Shown here in pieces: positions 37,196 through 47,224 of a stretch of DNA of 64,000 bases. A program made the position numbers and the translations under genes. This DNA is from a virus, in the IMG/VR virus record IMGVR_UViG_3300036046_000003, positions 8,428 through 72,427 of that record; one strand, given 5' to 3'. Numbering within the stretch: the first letter of the stretch is position 1; each line of letters starts with the position of its first letter. The notes below the pieces were generated by a model. It made no database searches. It saw nothing but the letters and a program-made list of their open reading frames with translations, and was not told the DNA's origin.

Positions 37196-38053
37196 TCAAC
37201 GAAAGGCCGGGGAACCCGCCTGCCGCCAACGCGCAAAGTCGCTGGCAATCTGGCGGAGGTCTGCGGTAGCCTGCTCAGGTGTAGGCGCGCCCGCAGCGAC
37301 CGTACCTGCGGGCGGTTCTCCGCCATACTCGTGAAGCCACCGTCTCATTCGCAGCTCCCAACTAGCGCGGTCAGCAAACAAACGCTCGTTTTGTTGCGCG
37401 TCTTCGTCCGGGGCGTTTTCGGGGCGATACCCTTTACCCCGACCGATTGCGATAGGCAGCAACTCCGCGAGGGGGTCGCCCTCGAATTGCGCGTGCGCGT
37501 ATTCCAACAACAGTAGCGCCGCCGCGTCTGTGCCTAACGCCTGTGCAATCTTGCCGAGAACGCCAAAGAACTGACCTGCGTTTCGTCGCGGGTGTCCGGC
37601 CCCGTACAAAAGCGCGTAGACCTGGGCCAGCCCCGCTGCCGGTGTTTTTTCTGCCCTCGCCATAGACACCACGCGCTGGCGCATTGGCTTAAAAACGAGC
37701 TTCGGCTCCGGCGGCAGCGTCGGCGCTACAAACGCCTCTTCTTCGCTTTCCACCCGAAGAGCTGACAGCGCCGGTAGGCTAATCGTATCGCCGTCCAGCG
37801 CGAGAAGACCTTTAGTCTGTAGGCTTTGCCTAGCGTAAGGCAGCAGGGACGCCTGACAGCCTTGTGCAGCCGCCAACCGCTCGGCGGAGGCCAACCCCGC
37901 TTCTTTTTCAATAAGGCAGGCAGCAAAAAGCCGCACTTCGGGTGGCGTCAGTCCGTATTCGGCTAAAACACTATCGTCTAGCAGTTGAAGAAGGTCGCGG
38001 CGCGAGGTAAACAATTCTCGCGCCCGCTCCAACAGATAGGTGTTGTTGCGCAT
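37196..38053 (-). CDS. Putative replication initiator/helicase loader (winged helix)
   Basis: Upstream of helicase; SLQTKGLL wHTH-like segment. Confidence 0.45.
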   Translation of the reverse strand: MRNNTYLLERARELFTSRRDLLQLLDDSVLAEYGLTPPEVRLFAACLIEKEAGLASAERLAAAQGCQASLLPYARQSLQTKGLLALDGDTISLPALSALRVESEEEAFVAPTLPPEPKLVFKPMRQRVVSMARAEKTPAAGLAQVYALLYGAGHPRRNAGQFFGVLGKIAQALGTDAAALLLLEYAHAQFEGDPLAELLPIAIGRGKGYRPENAPDEDAQQNERLFADRASWELRMRRWLHEYGGEPPAGTVAAGAPTPEQATADLRQIASDFARWRQAGSPAFR

Positions 38054-38059
38054 AGGCGC

Positions 38060-38584
38060 TTACTCCTCCGCGTCCTCACTCAGTAAAGCCGCCGTCGTCA
38101 ACTTCCCGATACGCTCTAACGCCCCGTACAGATAATCCGCATACGCATCGGCTTCGGTTACGCGCCGCTCTAGCTCGGCTATTGTGCGCGCTTGCTCTCG
38201 ATTTGCCGACACAAGCGCGGTGTTCCGGCGCAGTACGTCCGCGTCCAGAAGCGTAACCACTGACAGCAGTTCGCGTGCGCGGGCCGCTCCGATCTCACGC
38301 GCAGCTTCAAGGTCACTCCGCATCTGCGCGCCCGCCTGCTCCGCTGCTCGAAGCGCGTCCCTGGCCGCCTGCGCAGCCGTACCCGCCTCCATACAGAGCC
38401 GCTTATGATGCTCGGTCTGGTGGCGGCTCGCCACGAGCGCCTTGCCCAGCGCGTAGACCGCTGCTGAAAGCGCCTGTTCCAACGAAAGCGCCCCCGCTGC
38501 GTACTCTTTCAACGGGCCTTGCAGTTCGCTTACTTCACGGGACAATTCGGCTAATGCCCCTAGCGGAGGAACGGTCATCATTCG
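38060..38584 (-). CDS. Coiled-coil hypothetical protein
   Basis: Ala/Glu-rich helical ORF. Confidence 0.55.
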   Translation of the reverse strand, partial: RMMTVPPLGALAELSREVSELQGPLKEYAAGALSLEQALSAAVYALGKALVASRHQTEHHKRLCMEAGTAAQAARDALRAAEQAGAQMRSDLEAAREIGAARARELLSVVTLLDADVLRRNTALVSANREQARTIAELERRVTEADAYADYLYGALERIGKLTTAALLSEDAEE

Positions 38585-38902
38585 GCATTCTCCTCGTAAA
38601 CGAGTAACCATTCGGGAATATCTCGAATAGCTTGACTTAGTACGTCCGTACTCACCGAAGCAGCCTCCTCGTAAGGAAGCAAGCTCGCGGTTTCAATTAC
38701 TGTTTGCAGACCCGCCAGAAAACGAACCCGTTCCGTCGCCGTCAGAACGCCCCTGCTTTGCCTCGCCGACAGTAGCCGGTCGAATTGCGCCACCAAACCA
38801 GCGGCCTCTACTCGTAGTCTGCGCTGCGGCCAACGCATTTACTGCAAATCTTTCTAGTCCGGGCCAGCCGGACAGTTAGGCCACTTCACCGGGTCGAACG
38901 CT

Positions 38903-39937
38903 CTACGTACCGCCTGCCGCCTTCCAGGCGCTTCTAATATCCGCCCGCTTTAGCAGACGTTCAAACTCAGGTCTCCGCCAGCCCGCGTTCCACAAGTCCC
39001 GAACGTCGCCCTTGCCACCCAACACCAACGGCAGGCTAACCGGACGCGCCCAGGTAAAACGTTCTGTTAGACGCGCAACCATTCGTTGCCCTGCTTGATC
39101 GGCGTCGCCCAAGACGTACAGTTTGCGCGCAGTAGCTACGTAGTCGTCAAACTCGCCGCGCCAGTGACCCGCGCCGTTGGTGGAAGTTACAGCAACAATA
39201 CCCGCCTGCCAGAGACAAACCGCGTCGGCCCACCCCTCCGCAATCACTACGGTGTCGGCCCCAACGGCAGTGTCAGCTCCAAAAAGCCAACTACCCGCGC
39301 CGGTCTCCATTTGTATCTTTGGGCCGCGTTGCTCGGGTAAACTGGCGCGATAGAGTATCTGCCGCAGTTGACCGCCGACAAAGACGGGTATAGCAAAGCG
39401 CTCTTGCTGTTCGTAAACGCCGTCTGCTACCTCCACCCCAACCGTAGCCAGCCCTACGCGCCACTGCCGAATAGCCGCTTTGGTAAGTCCATATGCGAGC
39501 AGCCGCGCTAGGGCGTCTGTATTTTCCACGAGCGCGAAGTGGTATTTGACCGCAAGGCCCTGGTCTAGCCGTCGAACTTCGGCCCGGCGGTGAGGAGTAT
39601 CCGCGTCGGTCAGTGCATAGTCCCCGGCCAACAGAGCTTCGCAGGCGGCGCGTACCGAGACGTGTTCGTTAAAAAGCCGATAAACGTCGATTGCGTCTGC
39701 TTTGTACCCGCACGCGGTACATACACACCCGTCAGGGTAGACCATCATTGACGGCGCGCTATCCCGGTGGTCAGGCGCAATACAGCAGGCACGAATGTAG
39801 CGGCCAAATTCACGGGTGTTTTCCAGCCTACCTGCCAGCAGTTTTTGTAGGTCTACCTCCTGTTTTGTTCGGGCGATAAGATCCGACAACGAACTACGCG
39901 CCCCCTCGGCGCGGCCTGCGGACAGGGGTAGCAACAT
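38903..39937 (-). CDS. DNA primase (CHC2 Zn finger + TOPRIM)
   Basis: C...H.D..PS...C..CG; IAEGWAD; LGDADQAG; KGDVRD. Confidence 0.88.
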   Translation of the reverse strand: MLLPLSAGRAEGARSSLSDLIARTKQEVDLQKLLAGRLENTREFGRYIRACCIAPDHRDSAPSMMVYPDGCVCTACGYKADAIDVYRLFNEHVSVRAACEALLAGDYALTDADTPHRRAEVRRLDQGLAVKYHFALVENTDALARLLAYGLTKAAIRQWRVGLATVGVEVADGVYEQQERFAIPVFVGGQLRQILYRASLPEQRGPKIQMETGAGSWLFGADTAVGADTVVIAEGWADAVCLWQAGIVAVTSTNGAGHWRGEFDDYVATARKLYVLGDADQAGQRMVARLTERFTWARPVSLPLVLGGKGDVRDLWNAGWRRPEFERLLKRADIRSAWKAAGGT

Positions 39938-40021
39938 TATTGCTGTCCCGACAAATAAAAAGAGCGGCGAACAAGCCCTTCAAACCGGCTTGTTCGCCGT
40001 ACCCGTTTGTTTACTGGTACT

Positions 40022-40237
40022 CTACCGTTGCGAAGCGTCTTTGTCTACCGAGCCGCCTAGTTCCCGCTCTCGCGCAGCCTGCTTATCGCCGAGGATCTTC
40101 CAAAGCGCCCGCTCGGCCTGTACGCGGTCGGTGGTGTAGGCAATCGGTCGATTGTTAATCAGCAAAACATAGATGGTAGGCTCACCGGGGCGGTTCGGCG
40201 GCTCGGTAGTAATGTATCCGTACAGCAGTTCCGCCAT
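40022..40237 (-). CDS. Hypothetical protein
   Basis: GGAGGG RBS, small ORF. Confidence 0.5.
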   Translation of the reverse strand: MAELLYGYITTEPPNRPGEPTIYVLLINNRPIAYTTDRVQAERALWKILGDKQAARERELGGSVDKDASQR

Positions 40238-40304
40238 ACAGCCCTCCAAAGAGACGTAAAAGCCGCCCCTCTTTGGAAGGGGCGGCTTTGAAAAGGCGGT
40301 CAGG

Positions 40305-40496
40305 TTATGCGGCTTCGCGGAAATACTCCCCGTTCATCAGCTCGTATACAAGCTCGTCCAGGGCAATCTCCGCTTCCCGAAACGTGCGCGTAAAGCCGAC
40401 CAACTCACCGTCCAAGTACATAGCAAAGTCACGGGTCTCAGGATCGTACACAATCGACTTCTCGTACAGAGGCGTCCAGGTTTTTGTAGGCTCCAA
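40305..40496 (-). CDS. Small conserved protein resembling a Chloroflexota family
   Basis: IVYD.ETRDFAMYLDGELVGF.RT..EAE..LD.LV.EL...YFREAA (recalled similarity, unverified). Confidence 0.6.
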   Translation of the reverse strand: MEPTKTWTPLYEKSIVYDPETRDFAMYLDGELVGFTRTFREAEIALDELVYELMNGEYFREAA

Positions 40497-40508
40497 AAAG
40501 ACCCCCTT

Positions 40509-40703
40509 CTATACTTCCCAACCCCAATTTAGGATACTAGACAACGCCTCTTCTGCAATAATGTCTCGGGCTTCGTCGTCCAGGTCGTTCCATTCAGCCC
40601 AGGACAGCCCTGTATCAAACAGCGTTTCAACCCGGCTACCTGTACGGTTAATAATCACGTAAACCGTAATAAACACGGTCTCGTTTTCGTCTGGATCCAT
40701 CAA
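40509..40703 (-). CDS. Small acidic hypothetical protein
   Basis: GTGA/ATGA-type coupling with the MazG-like gene. Confidence 0.5.
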   Translation of the reverse strand: MMDPDENETVFITVYVIINRTGSRVETLFDTGLSWAEWNDLDDEARDIIAEEALSSILNWGWEV

Positions 40704-41038
40704 ACCCCCTCCTCGTCTACGCGGCGCAGACTGTCAACGCTCGAAAAGCCGTTAGGGTAGCGGCGGCGCAGCTTATCAAGGTTGCCTTGCATAACCTCCC
40801 CCAACGTTGCACCAAGCGCGGCTGCCGCCAGAGAGCAGTACCACAGAACGTCACCCAACTCTTTATGAAGGGCCGCTTCGTCAAGCACGTGCCCGTGGAA
40901 GCGGCTCTTTTTAAGCGCTTCGATAAATTCTCCGGCCTCACCCGCAAGCCCCATCGCCGCGTTTAACAGTCGCTCGTCTCGCCCCGAAAGAGTAGCTGCC
41001 GTCCGAAGCGCTTGCCGCTGATACTCGTTTGCGTCCAC
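40700..41038 (-). CDS. MazG-like NTP pyrophosphohydrolase
   Basis: YQ..A..T, GL.GEAGE, KELGDVLWY, N..KL..RYP.GF. Confidence 0.9.
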   Translation of the reverse strand: MDANEYQRQALRTAATLSGRDERLLNAAMGLAGEAGEFIEALKKSRFHGHVLDEAALHKELGDVLWYCSLAAAALGATLGEVMQGNLDKLRRRYPNGFSSVDSLRRVDEEGV

Positions 41039-41358
41039 TGTAATGTTTCCTTCACTATTGAGGATTGCCCCGCTACCCCTTCTTCTTAGCCTGCTCCTGT
41101 ACCCGGCGCGTGGCCTCAGCTGCGCTAATCCCTTCCCGTTTTGCCAGGGCCGCGATCTTAGCGGCCAGTTCTTTTAGTGCGCTCACTTAGGTTCCTTCTC
41201 AATTGACTTACGTAAACGGCGAATCTGGCTTTGAAGTTGTTTTTTACAGCCGCCAAAACAGACGTACTCCGCCGCGCCCACTCGATTACTGACGCTTCGC
41301 ATAAGGGTTACTTCCCCGGCACGGCTACCGCAGAGGGAGCATTGCTGCTTCCGTTTTT

Positions 41359-42027
41359 CTACGCTAACGAGGTCTCGTACTGTTCGTCCTCGCATTGAAC
41401 CACCTTCTTTCGGCTCGGGCGCGACCAATGAAGCGTCGTAAGTACGGCTGGCCCCGCGTAACCGTTCTCAAATACAAACAAGCCGTAATCGGTACTGTCG
41501 GTATTGCCGTTCTCGGTAAAACTAGGCCTCGGCGTAATTACGGCCAGCTCGCGGAGCGGAGCCATACTCCAAAGACCGCCGTCCGGTTTGTTTCGCTCTT
41601 GCGAGGCACGAAAGCCAAGAGGCAGCAGAAAAGCGGCCCGCCCACCGGGGGTCAGTAGACGCAGCGCCAATCGTACAAAGGCCTCGGCGGAGCTGTAGGG
41701 TGGGTTAGCAAGGATAAGTCCGTAGCGCGTTGTAAAGTCGGCGGCAAGTACGTCCTCTGTCCACCAGCCGTCATAATGCGTTGGTTTTGGCGAAGGCCGA
41801 AGTTCGTACCCGTCTAACCAGGCGCTCCAATAAATTGCCCTCGCCGCCCTTCCCCAAACCCCGTTGCCTGCGCCCAGGTCAAGTACGTTTCGCGCCCGAA
41901 GGCCTGACAGCGGCGCGGCTTCCCCGGTCAGGGTCGCTGCTCTGCCTACACAAGCCAGCGCTAACGCAAACGGAGTAGGATAGTGGTCACGCTCTTTGCG
42001 CGGTTCTTTGTTGGCTGGCTTATTCAT
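41359..42027 (-). CDS. DNA amino-methyltransferase (N6-adenine type)
   Basis: DHYPTP, VLDLGAGNG, LANPPY, RPSF. Confidence 0.85.
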   Translation of the reverse strand: MNKPANKEPRKERDHYPTPFALALACVGRAATLTGEAAPLSGLRARNVLDLGAGNGVWGRAARAIYWSAWLDGYELRPSPKPTHYDGWWTEDVLAADFTTRYGLILANPPYSSAEAFVRLALRLLTPGGRAAFLLPLGFRASQERNKPDGGLWSMAPLRELAVITPRPSFTENGNTDSTDYGLFVFENGYAGPAVLTTLHWSRPSRKKVVQCEDEQYETSLA

Positions 42028-42260
42028 TCAGTCTCTTTCCCACTGCCAAAAACAACCCAAAAGAACGCCAGCAACGGAAGGGACAGACCCCAGGCGGGGT
42101 GTACTACCCCGGCAATCGATAGCGCCGCCACTACTAGCAAAACCGACAAAAGCGTAGGAAAACTAAGAGCGCGCCACAGCGGCGGTTCCTCGGCGCTGTG
42201 TTTTGTTTCTAGCTCTCGATAGCGCTGAAATAGTTCCCGTTCGTGCTCAGTCAGTTTCAT
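42024..42260 (-). CDS. Small membrane protein
   Basis: Two TM segments. Confidence 0.5.
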   Translation of the reverse strand: MKLTEHERELFQRYRELETKHSAEEPPLWRALSFPTLLSVLLVVAALSIAGVVHPAWGLSLPLLAFFWVVFGSGKETE

Positions 42261-42266
42261 TTACCC

Positions 42267-42761
42267 TCACTTTCGATTGGCCTTCAATTGAAGTGCTAAC
42301 GCACCCGCGTACTCGCGCTTAGAATATGCGGGCCGTGTGTAGTCGAAACCGAACAAGCGCCGTACTGCTTCCCGCTCGTATTGGCGTGCGTCCCGTTCGT
42401 CGGGGGCGTTTTCGTAGCCCCAACGCCGCACCGGCCCCCGCTTCTCAGGAACGTACACTGACCCGTTCCAATACCAACCCCAGCGCCGATGCGACGCGCA
42501 GTACCGATAGTCGAGTACCCCCGTCACTTTTTGCCACAAGTGACGGCACTCGTGAGCAAGTGTCGAAAGTAGTTCGTCCTCCGAATAAGCGGTCGCCAGC
42601 CGGATCGTGTAGTCGCCTCCCCTCCAAGAAAACTCACCGCAACTATTTCTAGACCCGGGAACAGTTCGCCCCGGATAGAACTCCCAAGAAAGCGAAACCC
42701 CGGATAAACCAAGGTCTGCCAATACTTTATTGCGGTTGTCCTCTCCTAAAATGCCGTGCAT
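42267..42761 (-). CDS. Zincin-like metallopeptidase
   Basis: TLAHECRHLWQ (HExxH) and Y...P.E.DA. Confidence 0.75.
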   Translation of the reverse strand: MHGILGEDNRNKVLADLGLSGVSLSWEFYPGRTVPGSRNSCGEFSWRGGDYTIRLATAYSEDELLSTLAHECRHLWQKVTGVLDYRYCASHRRWGWYWNGSVYVPEKRGPVRRWGYENAPDERDARQYEREAVRRLFGFDYTRPAYSKREYAGALALQLKANRK

Positions 42762-42924
42762 TGCTCGCCTCGCTAAATAAAATTGCCGCAGAGTTCCGTT
42801 TTATACAAACCTGTGCGCCCACGAGCTTGTTACGGTAACGATCCGCTCTCTGCGGGATTTACCGACTGTTCACCAGACACGCGCCTCGCGTAAAGCGCTT
42901 CCGTGTCGAACGGCTGGCCGGTAG

Positions 42925-43038
42925 TGGTCGGAAGACTAGGATTTGAACCTAGACGACGCTCACCCATATACGCCCCTGGGCTGTTGGCGTCACCCCTTCC
43001 AAGCGTGGGGCGCGGCTGCCAGATTTCGCCACCTTCCG
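42925..43038 (-). tRNA. Atypical 114-nt tRNA-like RNA, probably Pro(TGG)
   Basis: Acceptor CGGAAGG/TCTTCCG + A + CCA; D arm GCG..TGG..CGC; T arm CTAGG-TTCAAAT-CCTAG; CT-TGG-AA in an irregular anticodon arm; ~37-nt variable arm. Confidence 0.75.
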
Positions 43039-43074
43039 TAGCCAGGGGCCGGTCAAAACGGCCCCCGTAGCGCG

Positions 43075-43626
43075 TTACTGGCCTTGCAGCTCCGCCAAAC
43101 GGCTCTGCGCTTCGGCCAGCTCCCGTTCTCGGCGCGCCACTACTTGCCGCGCCGCGATTACTTCCCGCGTTTCATTACCCATTGCCCGGTCGTAATCCCG
43201 CAGCGCCGCTTCAACTTCGCCAGCGGTCAATCCTACCTCGCGACGCACTTCCGAAATTGCGGCTGCGATAGACACAACTTCGTTTCGCAAAAAGGCGCGA
43301 CAAACCTCCTCTTGCTCCAAAAGCGCCCCAACAAACTCTTGGGCCGCAGCGTAGGAAAGTCCCCGGCAGCGCCGCGCCGCCGCGATTACCGGACTTTCAG
43401 CCGCCGTAACGCCGCTCGTCTTTTGCAACCAGTCGTAGGCCGTTACAATGGCGGCACCCTCCAACACTGAAAGATACCTGTCTTCCAGCGCCGTTTGCAA
43501 TTTTGACCTATCCGCCCCGGACTTCACCGCCAGAAGGTCGGTAAGCTCGCGGACGGCCCCCTCGTCCTCGTAACTACTCGTATCGACACCCCCGGCAATC
43601 CAACGCCGTACCGCGTCTATACCCAT
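43075..43626 (-). CDS. Hypothetical helical protein
   Basis: 183-aa ORF. Confidence 0.55.
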   Translation of the reverse strand: MGIDAVRRWIAGGVDTSSYEDEGAVRELTDLLAVKSGADRSKLQTALEDRYLSVLEGAAIVTAYDWLQKTSGVTAAESPVIAAARRCRGLSYAAAQEFVGALLEQEEVCRAFLRNEVVSIAAAISEVRREVGLTAGEVEAALRDYDRAMGNETREVIAARQVVARRERELAEAQSRLAELQGQ

Positions 43627-43684
43627 TGGAGTTTCCTGTGTCTGAGGGGCCGCTGTTACGCGGCCCCGCTATTCTTCGTCGGCG

Positions 43685-44476
43685 CTACGCCTTCGGGGCT
43701 GCCTCTGCCTGCGCCTTCGCCTGTAGATAGAACTTGCGGCCAAACGGCGGGGCAAAGAACTGGCCGGGGAACTCGGAGAACACATACACCGCCGCCGTCC
43801 CCAGCTTGTCGGCCTGCATAGTCGCCCACTTCTCGTTCGACACCCACTCCTCGTCAGCCTGCCCCCGGTTCCGCGCCCAACCGTTAATCTGCTCACCAGT
43901 TACCGAACACAACACCAGCGGGTTGTCGGTGGCCTCGCGGGGGTCTGCTGCGCGCTCGGCAGGAACCCACTTTGGAAGCAGTTCGTCCTCGGGAACGCGG
44001 CTGATTACCTTATCAAGCCAGTTCTTCGTTCCGTTTCCGTCCAGAAGGGCGTAATACTGCGGCTGGTCTACTTCAAGCTGATTGACAATATTCACGAGGT
44101 CGTTCAGTTGCGCGTCCGTCAGGTCAGCGCCGTCATTCAGCAGCCGACAGAGAAGCAAATAGGCATTAGATACCTTCTGACCCTCCTTCGGGCGACCCAG
44201 GTACTTTGGTCGGTTCACGTCAATCCAGAAGAAGCGACCGTGACCCTTATCCTCGTTCTTATCGGGCCGCACATACGCGAACTTAAACGAAAACTTAGGA
44301 ACCCACACAACGTCCGGGTCGCTATCGACCAGGGTACGGGTCTCGTAGGACTTTTCCGTCTTCTCCGTCACTGACAAAAACTGATAGACCCCCTGCCCCA
44401 GACGCAGATAAGGCCGCTGAATACGAGGCCGCGTCTGAGTAGCCTGTGTGTTGATTGCGTCTCCTGCGAGTGCCAT
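43685..44476 (-). CDS. Putative ssDNA-binding/recombination protein
   Basis: First gene of the replication arm; AAGGAG RBS before MALAG; function is inference only. Confidence 0.45.
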   Translation of the reverse strand: MALAGDAINTQATQTRPRIQRPYLRLGQGVYQFLSVTEKTEKSYETRTLVDSDPDVVWVPKFSFKFAYVRPDKNEDKGHGRFFWIDVNRPKYLGRPKEGQKVSNAYLLLCRLLNDGADLTDAQLNDLVNIVNQLEVDQPQYYALLDGNGTKNWLDKVISRVPEDELLPKWVPAERAADPREATDNPLVLCSVTGEQINGWARNRGQADEEWVSNEKWATMQADKLGTAAVYVFSEFPGQFFAPPFGRKFYLQAKAQAEAAPKA

Positions 44477-44582
44477 TCGTTCAATCTCCTTTTGTTGGCT
44501 TTCTTGCCGCGTCGCCCTCACTTGTGGCGACCGCCGCAGTGTAGCGCGCCCCTCCGCAAGCGTCTACTAGTACGCCGCACTC

Positions 44583-45280
44583 GTGCAGTAAATGCAGAAC
44601 TTTTCTCCGTTCCGCCAAAACCTTGTCAAGAGATTTATGAGAAAATAGATTACAGTTTTGTAATGTGTATTTGGCTTTGGAACGCGGTAAAACCGAAATA
44701 GGTACCCCGAACTACCTGCTTCTACCCCTCTTTTTGTCCCATTAACTTGTTTTTAACTGGTATACTAAGAGGGCCTTTAGGGAGGTGGGGTTGTAGGAGT
44801 GCGTCTCCTCTAGAAAACGCGTTAGCGTTTCCGTCGAGCGGAGCGAGACGGGCCTGGGGGTGCAGGGGCGCGGCTAGCGCCCCGCGTAGTTGTACGTGTT
44901 GCCCCTACCCTGCCTAGTGTCGGCCTGTGCGGCCCAAAGCGGGAACTTCGGAAAATATATAGGGTTGTGAAAAGTATCACAACCCTCCTCGTGTACCCAA
45001 CACAAGCCCGAAGAACACAAAGACCGCTCTAACCCTACGGGTTGTGTAGGCTATTCCAGTTCCCTCTTCTTCCTATAGCTCTCTCTCTTAAAGAACCTTC
45101 TCTGTTCAAGTATATGGATTGTGAAACTTTTCACAGCCTTGTGCAGTTAATGCAGAACTCGGGAAGAAGCGGCGCAGTTTTTCGCAGTTGCGAAGTAGAA
45201 GTACCCTACTCAGGTATACCCTTCTGGTTCTATCGTCGCACCTGGAGCTTCCCAGGCCCCTTGTAGGTCATTCTAGGAGA
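44583..45280 (-). repeat. Long non-coding repeat element, copy 3 (inverted)
   Basis: Reverse complement aligns to copies 1 and 2 with scattered substitutions. Confidence 0.95.
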
Positions 45281-45317
45281 GAGCGGCGACAGAGAGTAAA
45301 CGCACGAGGAGGGGCAC

Positions 45318-45362
45318 AAAAAAGAGACCCCCCTGAGAAAGGGGGGGGGTCTCTTTTTTATT
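45318..45362. terminator. Bidirectional terminator
   Basis: AAAAAAGAGACCCCCC...GGGGGGTCTCTTTTTT. Confidence 0.75.
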
Positions 45363-45367
45363 TGCTT

Positions 45368-46204
45368 TTAGACGTTGCGATTGCGGCAGCTCGCGCAACG
45401 TAGCTTTCCGTCAGCGCCCGCTTTGCGTGCTTGTTTGATCGCCGCTCCTTTCGCGCCGGGGTTCAACGCGACGCCACAGTCCGCGCAGACCTCGTTCGGA
45501 ATTACTTCAACGGGGGCCGGGAAGCTTTCAGCTTCGCGTGGAAGCGTCAACACGGACGGGGGCGCAGCGTCTACCGGGCCGAAAGGTACGGCTGGTGCTG
45601 GCAACTGTGAAAGAAGTTTCGCCGCGAACGCACGGCGCTGCTCTACCAGGGCTTCCATTTTTCGGTCAAGTTCCTGCTGAAAGGCCAGTTCCGCCGTAAT
45701 CGGCGCGAGACGCCGCTCTACAGCGGAAGTGGGAGTTTGTTCTAGCTCTAACTCTCGATGTCGCTTTACCCAGCCGGACAGACTTAGGTATACCCCAAAC
45801 GGAGGAAGCGCCGCCCATACACCTACCAACAACGCCGCGCCTGCGGGCACTCCCCACAGAGAAAAATCGCGTACCGCTGCCCAGGCCGAAGCTACCTCGG
45901 TTGCTCGGTACAGCGCCGACCAGCCCTCCACAAAGTTGGGCAGTACCGCAGCCGTCAACAGGCCGCGAGCCAACCAATCTAAGGGCTTATCCCATAGCAG
46001 GTAGAACCGCGTAAGGATTTTTGCGCCAAAGGCCATACCCTCGAAGATAAGTACCACGAGTGCTGCGCCGAGGGCGGAGCTGTGCGTAAGCGCGGCGACG
46101 CCGTATGTGGCCGGTACACTGACGGCCAAGCAGATAAGCGCGAAGATAAGCAGGAAACTAGAAAGCGCGTCCAGCGAACGTTTTTTGTGGGCAGGGGGCT
46201 GCAT
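45368..46204 (-). CDS. 4-TM membrane protein with coiled coil and C-terminal Zn ribbon (SpdB/DUF2637-like architecture)
   Basis: Four hydrophobic helices, WAALPP, Pro-rich linker, CADC...CASC. Confidence 0.6.
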   Translation of the reverse strand: MQPPAHKKRSLDALSSFLLIFALICLAVSVPATYGVAALTHSSALGAALVVLIFEGMAFGAKILTRFYLLWDKPLDWLARGLLTAAVLPNFVEGWSALYRATEVASAWAAVRDFSLWGVPAGAALLVGVWAALPPFGVYLSLSGWVKRHRELELEQTPTSAVERRLAPITAELAFQQELDRKMEALVEQRRAFAAKLLSQLPAPAVPFGPVDAAPPSVLTLPREAESFPAPVEVIPNEVCADCGVALNPGAKGAAIKQARKAGADGKLRCASCRNRNV

Positions 46205-46212
46205 TGCTTCTC

Positions 46213-46632
46213 CTAGTGAATAGGGACTAGCGCGGCGGGCTGCGCAGCGAACCACAGCCAAAGTAGCGCCAACGCGCAGAGGATTACAAGAAACAGTTTG
46301 AACCCTACTTTAAGCCGTCGCAAAAGCTTGCGAAGTCGCCGCTCTAACGGGTGCTGCGCTTGATTGATCGCGTCGTCCAGGGCGGCTACTGCGAACGCGG
46401 GGTCTACATTGAACCATTCTCCAGCAAGCCGCCATTTGGCAAGGCGTCTGTGTGTAGCTGCTTCGATTTCAAACGGCTTTGCGACAGGACGCCAGCCGCG
46501 TAAGTAGAGCCGCTGGCTATTCCCCGTTTGCAGTTGGCTCCGCCGACCGCCCTTGCTTTCCGGGTGTCGGTTCGCTTTGCCGACCTTTACCGGGCCGTTA
46601 TTACCTTCCTGGTAGACGTAAATACCTGCCAT
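46213..46632 (-). CDS. GIY-YIG (T5orf172/MUG113-like) domain with C-terminal TM
   Basis: IY...VKVG...R.SQLQTGN...E...H..L...GEWF; hydrophobic tail. Confidence 0.8.
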   Translation of the reverse strand: MAGIYVYQEGNNGPVKVGKANRHPESKGGRRSQLQTGNSQRLYLRGWRPVAKPFEIEAATHRRLAKWRLAGEWFNVDPAFAVAALDDAINQAQHPLERRLRKLLRRLKVGFKLFLVILCALALLWLWFAAQPAALVPIH

Positions 46633-46637
46633 TGCCT

Positions 46638-46934
46638 TTACAAACCCCCTATCCAGTCAGAAATACGCCCGTTGTGGTGTGCGTCCCATAGTGCGTGTAC
46701 AAAGCGCTCCACTTCGTCCCGCCAAGACCACCACTTGTCTACAATCCTTACCCAACCCTCGGGCAGCTCCGCCTCGTCGTCGAAAGAACCGTACTCCCCG
46801 GTAGCGGGGTTATACCCGGCGGTGTAGCCCCCAGGTTCTCTTCCGGTCAGAAGCTCGTCCAGAGTAAACAACTCACGAATAACGGGCTTTCCTAGCTCCG
46901 CCGCTTGTGCCGCGAACTCCGATTGAAAACTCAT
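46638..46934 (-). CDS. Hypothetical protein
   Basis: AAAGG RBS, 98 aa. Confidence 0.55.
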   Translation of the reverse strand: MSFQSEFAAQAAELGKPVIRELFTLDELLTGREPGGYTAGYNPATGEYGSFDDEAELPEGWVRIVDKWWSWRDEVERFVHALWDAHHNGRISDWIGGL

Positions 46935-47017
46935 TGTTTACGCCTTTCTATTGGCTTAGAACCCGCTTATTTGTTACGCTTGTCGTTCTTCTCAGCGAAA
47001 TACGCCAACACAACGGC

Positions 47018-47224
47018 CTAGAAGGACGTAGCGACGAAGGTGTACACAAGGTAACAATTCAGGCAGAGCAGCGCCCATAGAACGGGAACCCAGGCGGGCA
47101 CCAACGCGGCCAGGACGAACAAGAGCGTGGCGCACAGCCCGAAGGTCGCCACCAGCGCGAAGGGCAGCTCCGCGTTTGTCAGTTCGTTTAGAACGGTACT
47201 CATAAAACGATTAGCCTTCGGCAT
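47018..47224 (-). CDS. Small 2-TM protein
   Basis: Hydrophobic; TAATG coupling. Confidence 0.55.
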   Translation of the reverse strand: MPKANRFMSTVLNELTNAELPFALVATFGLCATLLFVLAALVPAWVPVLWALLCLNCYLVYTFVATSF

